Below are positions 20,227 to 29,994 of a stretch of 64,000 nucleotides of DNA, piece by piece (position 1 is the stretch's first letter; each line of letters begins with the position of its first letter). The position numbers and the translations under genes were made by a program. Under the pieces are notes generated by a model, which searched no databases, was not told where the DNA came from, and worked only from the letters and a program-made list of their open reading frames with translations. This DNA comes from Planctomycetota bacterium (GTDB taxonomy: Bacteria > Planctomycetota > UBA1135 > UBA2386): contig OZ245838.1 in assembly GCA_965228735.1 (NCBI GenBank), positions 832,001-896,000 of the forward strand, read 5' to 3'.

Positions 20227-21255
20227 CTATTTCGTGATCTGAGCCGCGGCGAACATCGCCTTCTCGCTCGTCGCCGGCAGATCGGTCGTCGCGAGGAACT
20301 TGCGGAAGTCGGAGCGCGCCTGCTCGTTCTCGCCGAGATTGAGCAGCACGCGGCCGCGGTTGTAGTAGTCCGAGCTGCGCGACGGATCGATCTCGAGGAT
20401 GCGGTTCAGCATCGGCAGCGCCTCCTTGAACTGGCCGCGCGCGTAGAAGTACTCGGACATCAGCGTGCGGGCGCCGAGCTCCTCGCGCATGAGGCTGGCG
20501 CGCTGCCGCTTCTGCTCGAGTTCATAGCCGGGCTCGACCGTGGCAGCGATGCGCTGCTCGGTCAGTTCGTGGGCGCGCTGCACCTGCTCGAAGTAGGCCT
20601 TGCTGTGCTTCATCAGCGCGTCGTGATCGCCGGTGTCGCGCGCCGCCAGGGCCAGGTGGTAGTGCGCGAGGCGGAGCACTTCGCCGCGGTCGACGAGGTG
20701 CTCGAGCAGCTGCTTCGCACGGCCGTAGTTCCTCGCGGCGAGCTCGCGATCCTCGGTGACGGTATCGCGGGCCTCGTCCGCGTCGTCGACGAGGCCGCGC
20801 TCGATCTGCGCCGCGAGTCGCGTCGCCTCACCGGCGTGGCGGCGCGCCTGCTTCTGCAGCGCGAGGGCGAAGTTGAACAGTAGCGCCGGGTTGTGGTACG
20901 CGTCGGACCGCGTGTCGTAGACGTCCTCGAAGATCGCCGTCGCGCGGTCGAGCAGCCGGTGGTCCGTGCCCTGCGAACTCGGGCTCTGCTTCAGGTAGAT
21001 CGAGGCCTGCAGGTTGCGCAGGTTGTAGTCGTCCGGCTCGAGCTCGAGACCCTTCTCGATCATGATCAGGGCCTGGCCGTACTTGCCGCCTTCCCAGAAC
21101 AGCTTGGCGCGCTGCTGGTAGTTGGCGAGCTGGTCCTGATCCGCGCTCGACAGGCTCGAGCAGCCGGCGAGGAACGGGCAGGCGGCAGCGATGAGGAGGC
21201 AGGCGATGAAGCGGGCGACCATGCGGGATGGGGGGGCTACGGAGTTGGTGCGCAT
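20227..21255 (-). CDS. Tetratricopeptide-repeat lipoprotein
   Basis: Lipobox LAGC; TPR-like helices (ILEIDP..SDYYNRGRVL). Start uncertain (21255 or 21222). Confidence 0.75.
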   Translation of the reverse strand: MRTNSVAPPSRMVARFIACLLIAAACPFLAGCSSLSSADQDQLANYQQRAKLFWEGGKYGQALIMIEKGLELEPDDYNLRNLQASIYLKQSPSSQGTDHRLLDRATAIFEDVYDTRSDAYHNPALLFNFALALQKQARRHAGEATRLAAQIERGLVDDADEARDTVTEDRELAARNYGRAKQLLEHLVDRGEVLRLAHYHLALAARDTGDHDALMKHSKAYFEQVQRAHELTEQRIAATVEPGYELEQKRQRASLMREELGARTLMSEYFYARGQFKEALPMLNRILEIDPSRSSDYYNRGRVLLNLGENEQARSDFRKFLATTDLPATSEKAMFAAAQITK

Positions 21256-21390
21256 CGTCTGGGGGCAGTGGGATCGATGGCGATGGCCGTCGGGGAGCGC
21301 GATGGCTCCAGGGGGTCTGCCGACCGGCCGGGACGGCGTGAGGATAGCGATCTTGTCGTGTCTTGGCACCCGGTTAGGCTCTCAACCGCC

Positions 21391-22704
21391 ATGACGACGT
21401 CCCGACCCTCTCGCCGTTCCTTCCTCAAGACCGCGTCGACCGGGGTCACCGCGGCCGCCGCGACCGCTGCGGCGGGCTCGGGCTCGCTCTCGGCGCTGCG
21501 GGCCGCCTCGCCCGTCCATCAGGGCACGGGCCAGCTCAAGATCGGCATCGTCGGCATCGGCGGGCGCGGCTCGGGGGCGACCGTGCAGGCGCTGCGCGCG
21601 CACCCGGAGAACATCCTCTGGGCCGTCGGCGACGCGTTCGTCGAGCGCGTCGAGGACAACCTGGCCAACGTGATCGAGGCCGTCGGGGAGACCGCGAAGG
21701 TCCAGGTGCAGGTGCCGAAGGAGCGTCAGTTCGTCGGTCTCGACTGCATCGACAAGGTGCTCGCGTCGGGCGTCGACGTCGTGCTGCTCGCGTCGCCGCC
21801 GGGGTTCCGGCCGATGCAGATCGAGAAGTGCGTCGAGCAGGGCGTGCACGTGTTCGCGGAGAAGCCGGTCGCCACGGACGCGCCCGGCGTGCGGCGCGTC
21901 GCGGCGGCCTGCGAGGCGGCCAAGAAGAAGGGGCTGACCGTCGTGAGCGGGCTGTGTTACCGCTACCACCACGGCCGCCGCGCGATCATCGACCGGCTGC
22001 AGAACGGCGGCGTCGGCGAGATCCTCGCGATCCACGGCAACTACATCACCGGTGAGCTCTGGAGCTTCCCGAAGCGGCCGGAGTGGACCGAGATGCAGTG
22101 GCAGCTCAAGAACTGGCTGTACTACCCCTGGCTGTCGGGCGACCTCATCGCCGAGCAGCACATCCACACGCTCGACGTCATGGCGTGGATGATGAAGGAC
22201 ACGTATCCCAAGTTCGCCGCGTCACTCGGCGGTCGGCAGAAGCGCACCGATCCGAAGTACGGCACCGTGTTCGACCACTTCGCCACGATGTACGAGTGGG
22301 ACAACGGGACACGCGGCTTCAGCTACTGCCGGCAGCAGAACGGCTGCTGGCGCGAGGTCAACGAGCACGTGATGGGGACCGAGGGCAAGGCCAACGTGTT
22401 CCAGCACACGATCACCGGCAAGCACGAGTGGCGCTTCGACGGCAACGCCGGGAACATGTACCAGAACGAGCACGACGAGATGTTCGCTGCGATCCGCGCC
22501 GGCAAGACGATCAACAACGGCGAGTACATGTGCAACAGCACGCTCATGGCGCTCATGGGTCGCATGGCCGCCTACACCGGCAAGCGCATCACGTGGGAGC
22601 AGGCGTGGAACAGCAAGGAACAGCTGATGCCCGACGACCTGGATCTCACGAAGGCGCCGCCGAAGAGCGAGGTCGCGGTGCCCGGCATCACGAAGTTCGT
22701 CTGA
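21391..22704 (+). CDS. Tat-exported Gfo/Idh/MocA oxidoreductase
   Basis: SRRSFLK Tat motif; GIGGRG; EKP; EQHIHTLD. Confidence 0.92.
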   Translation: MTTSRPSRRSFLKTASTGVTAAAATAAAGSGSLSALRAASPVHQGTGQLKIGIVGIGGRGSGATVQALRAHPENILWAVGDAFVERVEDNLANVIEAVGETAKVQVQVPKERQFVGLDCIDKVLASGVDVVLLASPPGFRPMQIEKCVEQGVHVFAEKPVATDAPGVRRVAAACEAAKKKGLTVVSGLCYRYHHGRRAIIDRLQNGGVGEILAIHGNYITGELWSFPKRPEWTEMQWQLKNWLYYPWLSGDLIAEQHIHTLDVMAWMMKDTYPKFAASLGGRQKRTDPKYGTVFDHFATMYEWDNGTRGFSYCRQQNGCWREVNEHVMGTEGKANVFQHTITGKHEWRFDGNAGNMYQNEHDEMFAAIRAGKTINNGEYMCNSTLMALMGRMAAYTGKRITWEQAWNSKEQLMPDDLDLTKAPPKSEVAVPGITKFV

Positions 22705-22855
22705 GCCATCGGCTCGTTCGGCCGGCGAGCCCGCGGTCACGGGTCGCCGAAATCCGGCGTCCGGAGTATCGCGTCGAGACCGATGGCATGGGGGCTACGG
22801 GCCGCGGCCGCGGGATGCCCCTGGGGCGTTCGGTCCGGTGTGCTAGCGTTCCTGC

Positions 22856-23374
22856 GTGACGAATCTCGTGGAGACCCGGAGTCCTGCGGCGGCAGGACTC
22901 GCCCCGTCCCCGGCCACCGTCGCGGCGCTGTCCTACGAGCGCCGGGTCGGCGACCGCCGGCATCGTCCGACGCCGATGTTCAGCCGCTACACCTTCTTCG
23001 GTGGGCGCCGGCAACAGGCGCGGCGGGAGCACGAGCGCGAGGGTTCGTTCGTCGACCTGCACGGCACCCGGGTCTTTCTCGTCGTGATGGCGATCGTCGT
23101 GCTCAACCTCGCCGACGCGTGGTTCACCCTGCTGTTCCTGTCCTACGGCGGCCAGGAGCTCAATCCGTTCGTCCAGGCGGTCCTGGACCTGTCCGATCAT
23201 CATTGGCCGTTCCTCGTGTTCAAGACGATCGGGATCGGCGCCGCGTGCGCGTTCCTCACGCTCACGAAGAACTTCCGCAGCGCCCGCATCGGTCTCTGGG
23301 TCGTGTTCGTCGGCTACCTCGCGCTCCTCGGCTGGCACCTCTACCTGCTGAGCTGGCTCGGTCTGATCGCGTAG
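22856..23374 (+). CDS. DUF5658-like membrane protein
   Basis: ERRVGDRR N-terminal motif; LNLADAWFTL, ELNP, FLVFK. Confidence 0.75.
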   Translation: MTNLVETRSPAAAGLAPSPATVAALSYERRVGDRRHRPTPMFSRYTFFGGRRQQARREHEREGSFVDLHGTRVFLVVMAIVVLNLADAWFTLLFLSYGGQELNPFVQAVLDLSDHHWPFLVFKTIGIGAACAFLTLTKNFRSARIGLWVVFVGYLALLGWHLYLLSWLGLIA

Positions 23375-23409
23375 CTGCAATCGCCGCCGCGGCCGCGTAG
23401 GCTGCGGTC

Positions 23410-24579
23410 GTGCGCGTGCTGCGAATCCTGACGCGGCCCAACCTCGGCGGGCCGACCCGACAGGCGATCGCGTTGTGGCACGCGCATCGCGAGCAGGGCG
23501 TCGCGACGCTGCTCGTCACCGGCGCGGTCGATCCGACCGAGACCGCGTTGAGCCCCGCGGCGCACGGGGTGCCGCGGTTGTCGTTCGTGGAGGTCGTGCA
23601 GACGGGCGGCGAGTCGTTCCCCACGGGCTGGGTCGAGGTCGACGCGCTGACGCGCGGGATCGCGCCGTTCTCGGATCGGCGCGCGACCCGGGCGCTCGAA
23701 CGGCTGATCCGGGCCGTGCGTCCCGACGTCGTGCACACGCACACGAGCAAGGCCGGTGCGCTCGGTCGCCGGGCCGCCGCGCGGGCCGGCGACGCGGTGC
23801 GGCCCACGGTCGTGCACACGTTCCATGGCCACGTGCTGCGGGACTACTTCAGCTGGCCGTTCGCGGAGCTGCTGCGGCGCGGCGAACGCCGGCGCGCGCG
23901 CGCGACGACGCACCTCGTCGCGGTGAGCCCGAGTTGCGCGGACGAACTGGCCGAGCTCGGGATCGCTGCGCGCGAGCGGATCACCGTCGTGCCGCCGGCG
24001 GTCGCCGTTCCGGAGCCGCTCACGCGCGAAGCAGCCCGGCGCGCCCTCGATATCCCGCAGGACGAGTTCCGGCTCGTCACGGTCGGTCGTTGTGTGCCCG
24101 TGAAGCGTCAGTCCGACTTCATCGCGGCGATCGCGAGCGCGTCGACGCTGCGCGGCGACGTCGTCGGTTCGGGGCCGTTGCTCGCGGGGTTGCGGCGCCA
24201 GGCGGCGGCCGTGGCGCCGGATCGGCTCACGTTCCGCGGCGCCGTCCCGGCGATCGCCGAGCACCTCGCGGCCTATGACGCGCTCGTTCTGCCGAGTCGC
24301 CGCGAAGGGTGCCCCCTGGTCGTGATCGAGGCGTTCGCGGCGGGCGTGCCGGTCATTGGCTATGACGTTCCCGGGGTGCGCGACGTGCTCGCGACGTGGG
24401 GGCGCGGCGCGCTCGTGCCGGGGGCGAAAGGCCCCGCCGGGCTGGCCGCGGCGGCGCAGGAACTGCGGTCTTCCCCGGCTCTGCGCGCCGAATACGTCGC
24501 AGCGGGGCACGCTGCCACGGGGCAGTTCGCGCCGGCCGCGGTGGCCGCCCGGTTGACCGCCATCTACGCCCAAAAATGA
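23410..24579 (+). CDS. Glycosyltransferase family 4
   Basis: GGP, HTHTSKAG, HTFHGH, PSRREGCPLVVIEA. Confidence 0.92.
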   Translation: MRVLRILTRPNLGGPTRQAIALWHAHREQGVATLLVTGAVDPTETALSPAAHGVPRLSFVEVVQTGGESFPTGWVEVDALTRGIAPFSDRRATRALERLIRAVRPDVVHTHTSKAGALGRRAAARAGDAVRPTVVHTFHGHVLRDYFSWPFAELLRRGERRRARATTHLVAVSPSCADELAELGIAARERITVVPPAVAVPEPLTREAARRALDIPQDEFRLVTVGRCVPVKRQSDFIAAIASASTLRGDVVGSGPLLAGLRRQAAAVAPDRLTFRGAVPAIAEHLAAYDALVLPSRREGCPLVVIEAFAAGVPVIGYDVPGVRDVLATWGRGALVPGAKGPAGLAAAAQELRSSPALRAEYVAAGHAATGQFAPAAVAARLTAIYAQK

Positions 24580-24598
24580 GTTACGCTCCCCGCCGCGC

Positions 24599-25381
24599 GT
24601 GACTACGCGCAACCGGCCCCAGCTTCCCATGCGACGCGCTCTTCCCACGGTCCTCGTCCTGTTCGCCGCCACCCTCGCGCCGGCGTGTGGGGGCTTCAAG
24701 ATCACCTCGTCGCGGAACGACGTGCCCACGGCGCTGCTCGGCGCCTGGCAGGGTGATTGGGAGTCGGACGGGGAGCAGGGCGACGGCTTCATCAACGTTC
24801 AGGTGCAGGAGTTCGATTCCAAGCCGGTCATCAGCATCGAGCTCGACAACCCGTGCATCGCGCCGCGCGAGTATCAGCTCGCGTTCCAGAACGGCGGCTT
24901 CGAGCTGCGGGCCGGCGACGTGCTGCTCCGCGCGGAGTTCACCCCGGCAGGCGAGCTGGCTGGCGTCTATTCGTGTCCTGACGACACGGGGACGTGGCGG
25001 GCCACACGCTTCGGCGATCTGCCCGAGATCCTCGATCTCAGTGGCAGCTGGGACGGTACGGTGGCGGCCAACGGCCTGCAGGAGGCGCTCCAGCTCGAGT
25101 TCGGGCAATCGGTCGGTGGCGGTGCCGTGCGCCTGCAGGCGTCGGTGCTCGTGCCGGAGTTCATGCCCAGCGCGCTGCCGATGCTCGGCTTCGCGCGCTT
25201 TCGCGAGGACGAGTTCGAGGTGCTGTTGAGCACACCGAACGGCGTGCTCCCGGCGATCCAGGCCATGGGGGTCGGTGATCGTGAGACCCGCGAGATCCAG
25301 GACGGCGTGATGGTCATCTCGGGTGGCGTGGGCCTGCCGTTCGCGAGCGCGGTGTGGAGCGCCACGCAGCAGCCCCAGTGA
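24599..25381 (+). CDS. Hypothetical lipoprotein
   Basis: Hydrophobic signal ending LAPAC; two G-W-x-G-type beta modules. Start may be ATG 24629. Confidence 0.65.
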   Translation: MTTRNRPQLPMRRALPTVLVLFAATLAPACGGFKITSSRNDVPTALLGAWQGDWESDGEQGDGFINVQVQEFDSKPVISIELDNPCIAPREYQLAFQNGGFELRAGDVLLRAEFTPAGELAGVYSCPDDTGTWRATRFGDLPEILDLSGSWDGTVAANGLQEALQLEFGQSVGGGAVRLQASVLVPEFMPSALPMLGFARFREDEFEVLLSTPNGVLPAIQAMGVGDRETREIQDGVMVISGGVGLPFASAVWSATQQPQ

Positions 25382-25480
25382 TCGGGGGCCCAGTGAACGG
25401 GGGCCCAGTGAACGGGGGCCCAGTGATCGGGAGCTCAGTGATCGGGGGCCCAGTGATCGGGGGCCCAGCGATCGGGGGCG
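25376..25480 (+). repeat. Tandem repeat, 7 x 15 bp (CAGTGATCGGGGGCC)
   Basis: Seven contiguous units read directly, variants differing at 1-2 positions; the first unit contains the upstream stop codon. Confidence 0.95.
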
Positions 25481-25522
25481 AAGGGTTCGCTCGCCCCCGC
25501 GTGATCGCGTAGAGGTGTCGCG

Positions 25523-26026
25523 ATGGCCGATCCCGAGTCCGCAGGCCCGCCGTCCGACGCCGAGGTCGCGCCCGAGATCCCGCCCGATTTCCTCGGGGCG
25601 TTCGCCGTGGTCGAACGCCCCGACGGTGCGATCCTGTTCGTCGGCAACGACCGCCACATCGGCGGGCGAGCGGTCCGGACCTGGGACCTGCCCGGCGGCC
25701 AGGTCGAGCGCGGTGAGCTGCTGACCGAGGCGCTCGTCCGCGAACTGCGCGAAGAGACCGAACTCGTCGTTCGCGGCGAGCCACGCTTCCTGTTCGTCCA
25801 GGACGGCGAGCGGCGCCGCGGCGGCGAACGCATTCAGGCCTGGCGCTCGTTCTTCTTCGCCGTCGACGTCGAGCCCGGCGAGCCACGGCCCGGTCACGAG
25901 GTGCGCGCGGTGCGCTGGCTCGGCGAGGCGGCGATGACGGCCGAGCTCACGGCGCCGTATCACGACAGCTTCTTGCGGTGGCGGCGAGAGGGCGGCCAGC
26001 TCTTTCGCTCCACCTGGTCCGACTGA
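25523..26026 (+). CDS. NUDIX hydrolase
   Basis: Nudix box PGGQVERGELLTEALVRELREETEL; GAGG upstream of ATG. Confidence 0.92.
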   Translation: MADPESAGPPSDAEVAPEIPPDFLGAFAVVERPDGAILFVGNDRHIGGRAVRTWDLPGGQVERGELLTEALVRELREETELVVRGEPRFLFVQDGERRRGGERIQAWRSFFFAVDVEPGEPRPGHEVRAVRWLGEAAMTAELTAPYHDSFLRWRREGGQLFRSTWSD

Positions 26027-26055
26027 GCTGATCCACACGCATGACATCAGCCTCG

Positions 26056-26132
26056 GGGGTGGGGGCGGGGTTGGGCAGAGAAGGTAGGGTGGGCCGGGCA
26101 GAAAAGGTGTGGGGGCGGGTCGGGTAGAAAAG
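26056..26132 (+). repeat. G-rich imperfect triple repeat with potential G-quadruplex
   Basis: Three units ending GGGYAGARAAG; many GGG runs on the + strand. Confidence 0.55.
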
Positions 26133-26133
26133 C

Positions 26134-27717
26134 GTGGAGGCCCTACCCCCGGTCGCCCCACCGCCTTGCGTGGGGGTTCTCGTCGCAGTTCTCGTTCAGA
26201 GCGTCCTGACCGTGCCGGTCGACGCGGGACGCAGCGGACCGTCGGGGCGACCGGTTCGCTTCGGCGTCGCGGTGCCGGCGGCCCATCTCGAGCACGGCTT
26301 GAGCCTGCGTGGTCCCGGGCAGCTGTCGTGGCGGCGGCTGCCGATCGGTGGGCGGGACGCGGACCCGGTGTGGGTCGAGGTCGCGCTGTGTGGGGTGCGC
26401 GGTCGCGCGGTGGTCGCGGCCGGATCGTCGCGGGGTTCGCGGACGGGGCGTACGGGGTCGGGCGGCGCTGCGGTCGAGCGCAGTCGTACGGTCGAGAACG
26501 TCGAACACGGGGAACGCATCGCAACGACGTGGCGCTGGGCGGACGGGACGATCGATCGGTCGGTTCGGACGCGCTTTCGCGAGGCGACGACGATCGGCGG
26601 CGCGACGTTCGCGGCGTCGGAGGTGCGGCGCAGTTGCCGGGTGCCGAGCGCCCGGCACGCCGTCGTCGCGGCGTTGCCGCGGCGGCTGTGGGAGCGCGCC
26701 GGCGTGCTGCCGGAGCGTGACGGCTCGGCCGCGCGGTTGCCGCGGTTGTTGCGGCGGGAGCTGCAGCGGGCGGCGCGCCAGCTCGTCGAGTTGCCGGGGG
26801 AACGCGGCGCCGGTGACCACGCGCGCGGTGATGGCACGGTCACCAACAACGAGTTCGATACCGGGCTCGCGCTGTTGCGGCTCGGGTTGGCGATCGGGGA
26901 TGCCACGATCGTCGCGCGCGGCGTGCGTTGCGCGCACCACCTCGTCGACTGTGATCTGGACCGGGCCACCGGATTGCCGTTCCCGCACGGTCCGGGCCAC
27001 CGCACAGGAATGCCCGAACCGGGGCACGTCTGGTTGCAGGGGCTGTTGCTCGCCGGGTTGCTCACGGCCGACGACGAGCTGATCCACGCGGCGCGGGCGA
27101 TGGGGCGGGCGTTGGCCGCGCGGCCGCCGATGGCGATCGGCGGGGGCACGGGGGACGACGCGTGGCGCGAACGGGCGCGCGACTTCGCCTGGCCGCTGCT
27201 CGAGCTCGAGGGCCTGCTGCTCGTGGATCCGGATCCCGTGGTGGCGGCGGCCGCGGATCGCCTCGCGACGGCGATCGGATACCGGTTCGACGAGGACGCC
27301 GCGACGTTCCGGTTCGGCGAGGGCGAGGTCGGACCGCACGTCTACTTCGAACGGGCGTGGTTGACGGCGGGGCTCGTGCTGCCGGCGCTGCGTCGGCACC
27401 TGGCGCGGCGGCCGGATCCGGGGCTCGCCCAGCAGGTCGCGGCGGCCGAGAACCGGATCCTCGAGCAGGTCGGCGGCGCCCGCGGCGGGGTGCCGACGCA
27501 CTGGCGCGTCGTCGCTGGCCGCGTCGTCGCGGAGCATCGCGTCGAGCACGACGCCCGCGCGGTCTTCCTGCTCGCGGGCCTGTCACCGCGCGCGCGGCGG
27601 CGGTTGCTGCGGCGGGAGGAGCTCGGTGACGCGCTGCGCGACGTCGTGCCGCTCGATGACCCGGATCTGCCGACGACGTTCACGCTCGTCGCGCGGACGT
27701 CGTGGGTCTACCGCTGA
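26134..27717 (+). CDS. Hypothetical protein, possibly PcRGLX/YetA (exo-rhamnogalacturonan lyase)-like
   Basis: PVRFGVAVP N-terminal motif; NNEFD, GHVWLQGL and RDFAWPL motifs of an alpha/alpha toroid. Start uncertain. Confidence 0.5.
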   Translation: MEALPPVAPPPCVGVLVAVLVQSVLTVPVDAGRSGPSGRPVRFGVAVPAAHLEHGLSLRGPGQLSWRRLPIGGRDADPVWVEVALCGVRGRAVVAAGSSRGSRTGRTGSGGAAVERSRTVENVEHGERIATTWRWADGTIDRSVRTRFREATTIGGATFAASEVRRSCRVPSARHAVVAALPRRLWERAGVLPERDGSAARLPRLLRRELQRAARQLVELPGERGAGDHARGDGTVTNNEFDTGLALLRLGLAIGDATIVARGVRCAHHLVDCDLDRATGLPFPHGPGHRTGMPEPGHVWLQGLLLAGLLTADDELIHAARAMGRALAARPPMAIGGGTGDDAWRERARDFAWPLLELEGLLLVDPDPVVAAAADRLATAIGYRFDEDAATFRFGEGEVGPHVYFERAWLTAGLVLPALRRHLARRPDPGLAQQVAAAENRILEQVGGARGGVPTHWRVVAGRVVAEHRVEHDARAVFLLAGLSPRARRRLLRREELGDALRDVVPLDDPDLPTTFTLVARTSWVYR

Positions 27718-27781
27718 CGATGTGACCACCGAGATGGCCGCAGCCAGCCGCGAGGCGTGGGCCGCGGCTGCACCGCGACGG

Positions 27782-29263
27782 TCAGTCCCGCAGGATCGAG
27801 CGCACTTCGAGCGTGGTGTAGAAGTCGCGGTCCGCACGCGCGACGGCGAGCTTGATCGCGCGACCGTCGCGCCGGCGCAGCGCATCGAGGAGCGCGCGTT
27901 CGTCGGTCAGCGGCCGCTCGGGCTCGCCGAAGCGGCTGCGTTCCACGTAGGCGAAGATGAGATCGCCCACCTCGAGCAGGCCGGCTGCCGGCGACTCGGG
28001 CTGCACGACGGTGACCCGCAGCGTGCCGCGCAGGAGCGGCACCGTGCGGCGGCCGCGGCCGCGGTAGTAGGCCCGGGTCGCACGTTCGAGCGCTGTGCGA
28101 TCGTCGGGCGGCGTGAGTTCCTCGATCTCGATGCCGATCGCGCGCAGCACGACGTAGGCGCTGCGGGTGGTCGGCACGGGGCGCAGTTCGAGTTCGCGGC
28201 CGTCGCGCTGCACGCGCAGTTCGATCGGACGGTCCCACGGCGCTGACACGAGCTGCCGCTGGTAGTCGAGCGACGTGCGGATCGGCTGGCCCTGCACGCG
28301 CGTCAGGATGTCACCGGGTTCCGCGCCCGCGCGGTCGGCCGGGCTGTCCATGAGGACCGACGAGACCATCGTCGACGTGCCGCGGTCGACGACCTCGAGG
28401 CCGAGCCACGGCGCGTCGATCGCCATCGCGAAGCTGCCGCTCCGCGAGAGCTCCTGGTCGAAGACCTCGCGCACGGTGTCCATCGGAATGGCGAAGCCGA
28501 TGTTCTCGGCGCCGACCGCCATCGCGTTGTTGATGCCGACGAGCTTGCCCGTGATGTCGAGCAGCGCGCCGCCGCTGTTGCCCTGGTTGATCGCGGCGTC
28601 GGTCTGCATCAGCCCCGAGTACTCGCGGGGCTGATTGTCCGGCGCCCGGACCTTGATCGTGCGGCCGGTCGCCGAGAGCACGCCCGTCGTGACCGTGTTG
28701 GCGTGGCCCTGCGGGTTGCCGATCGCGATCAACGTCTCGCCGATCATCAGGTCCTGCGACCGGCCGATCTCGATGGGGGACACCTTCTCGTCCGGCTGCA
28801 GCTGGATCTGCAGCAGCGCGAGGTCGTGGGTCTTGGAATGACTGAGAACCGCTGCGGGCCGTGACCGGCCGTCGCGCAGCTTGACCTCCGCGGACAGTTC
28901 GCGCGCGCCGACGCTCGCCCGGACGAGCGGCCAGATCACGTGCCAGTTGGTGATCACGAGGCCGGATTCGTCGAGCAGGACGCCCGAGCCCTGGCCCTGC
29001 GTGACGGGCTGGCTGTTGACCAGTCGGGTGTCACTGACGACGTAGATGCTGACGACGCTGTCGGCGGCGCGCTGGACGGCGCGCACGACGGGCGTCATCC
29101 GCAGTTCGATCTCCTCGGCGTCGGGTTCGACGACCTGCAGGGTCGAGCCCCGTTCGGTGACGCGGGGTTCGTCCTGCGCGTGAGCGAACGCGGCGCTGGC
29201 GAGAACACCGCCGAGTCCCAGCGTGAGCCGGGCGGCGATCCATGGTGTCGTGATCCTTGGCAT
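27782..29263 (-). CDS. HtrA/DegP-family serine protease with PDZ domains
   Basis: TNWHV, DLALL, IAIGNP, QTDAAINQGNSGG; PDZ motifs WLGL, SPA. Confidence 0.93.
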   Translation of the reverse strand: MPRITTPWIAARLTLGLGGVLASAAFAHAQDEPRVTERGSTLQVVEPDAEEIELRMTPVVRAVQRAADSVVSIYVVSDTRLVNSQPVTQGQGSGVLLDESGLVITNWHVIWPLVRASVGARELSAEVKLRDGRSRPAAVLSHSKTHDLALLQIQLQPDEKVSPIEIGRSQDLMIGETLIAIGNPQGHANTVTTGVLSATGRTIKVRAPDNQPREYSGLMQTDAAINQGNSGGALLDITGKLVGINNAMAVGAENIGFAIPMDTVREVFDQELSRSGSFAMAIDAPWLGLEVVDRGTSTMVSSVLMDSPADRAGAEPGDILTRVQGQPIRTSLDYQRQLVSAPWDRPIELRVQRDGRELELRPVPTTRSAYVVLRAIGIEIEELTPPDDRTALERATRAYYRGRGRRTVPLLRGTLRVTVVQPESPAAGLLEVGDLIFAYVERSRFGEPERPLTDERALLDALRRRDGRAIKLAVARADRDFYTTLEVRSILRD

Positions 29264-29537
29264 GGCGTCGTCCTGTCCTACGAACGTTCGTCAGAATAGC
29301 TCCCGCGGATGATCGCTTCCCGAACTCCGACGAGATCGGCCGTCAGCGTGTTGGAAAGCGGCCGAACGCCGGTGCGATCGGGTCATCGATCCCGGGTGCA
29401 GGGCGGGTCCGTCTGTTACGGGCCGTCGCGGGCGAATGCGGAAGCCGGCTGGGAATCCGGGTTGGGAATCCGGGTTGGGAATCGGTGCGGGGAAACCCGG
29501 GATCGATTCCGAAGCGCCGATCGCCGACGATCAGGAG

Positions 29538-29942
29538 ATGCTCTACCGGTTCATCGTGGACGTGCCGCTGCGCTGGGTCGACGTCGACAGCGAGGGGGTC
29601 GTCAACAACGCGGTCTATCTCAGCCTCGTCGAACAGGCGCGTTTCCTCTACTTCGAGGAGCTCGGGCTGCTGCAGAACCATCGGGTGGAGTTCCTGCTCG
29701 CCGAGGTCACGGTGAAGTACCTGCGGCCGGCGCGCCTCGGGATGCAGACCAAGGTCGCGGCCGCGGTGACGAAGCTCGGGAACACGAGCTTCCAGATGCG
29801 CTACGAGGTGCAGGTGGGGGAGCAGGTGCTCGCGAAGGCCGAGGCGGCGCTCGTCTACGTCGACGAGGTCAACAAGCCGCGGCCGATTCCGGACGCGGTG
29901 CGCGAGACGATCTCGTCGTTCGAAGGGCTCGACGAGGACTGA
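29538..29942 (+). CDS. Acyl-CoA thioesterase (YbgC/4HBT family)
   Basis: RWVDVDSEGVVNNAVYLSLVEQAR hot-dog fold motif. Start approximate. Confidence 0.88.
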   Translation: MLYRFIVDVPLRWVDVDSEGVVNNAVYLSLVEQARFLYFEELGLLQNHRVEFLLAEVTVKYLRPARLGMQTKVAAAVTKLGNTSFQMRYEVQVGEQVLAKAEAALVYVDEVNKPRPIPDAVRETISSFEGLDED

Positions 29943-29994
29943 GCGCCGGCGCGGTCGCGAGACCGCCGTTGCTGCCCACCCGGGGCCTGGCGCC

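Noticed and set aside
25376..25480. CRISPR array
   Set aside because: Units are 15 bp and contiguous, with no unique spacers and no cas genes in the window.
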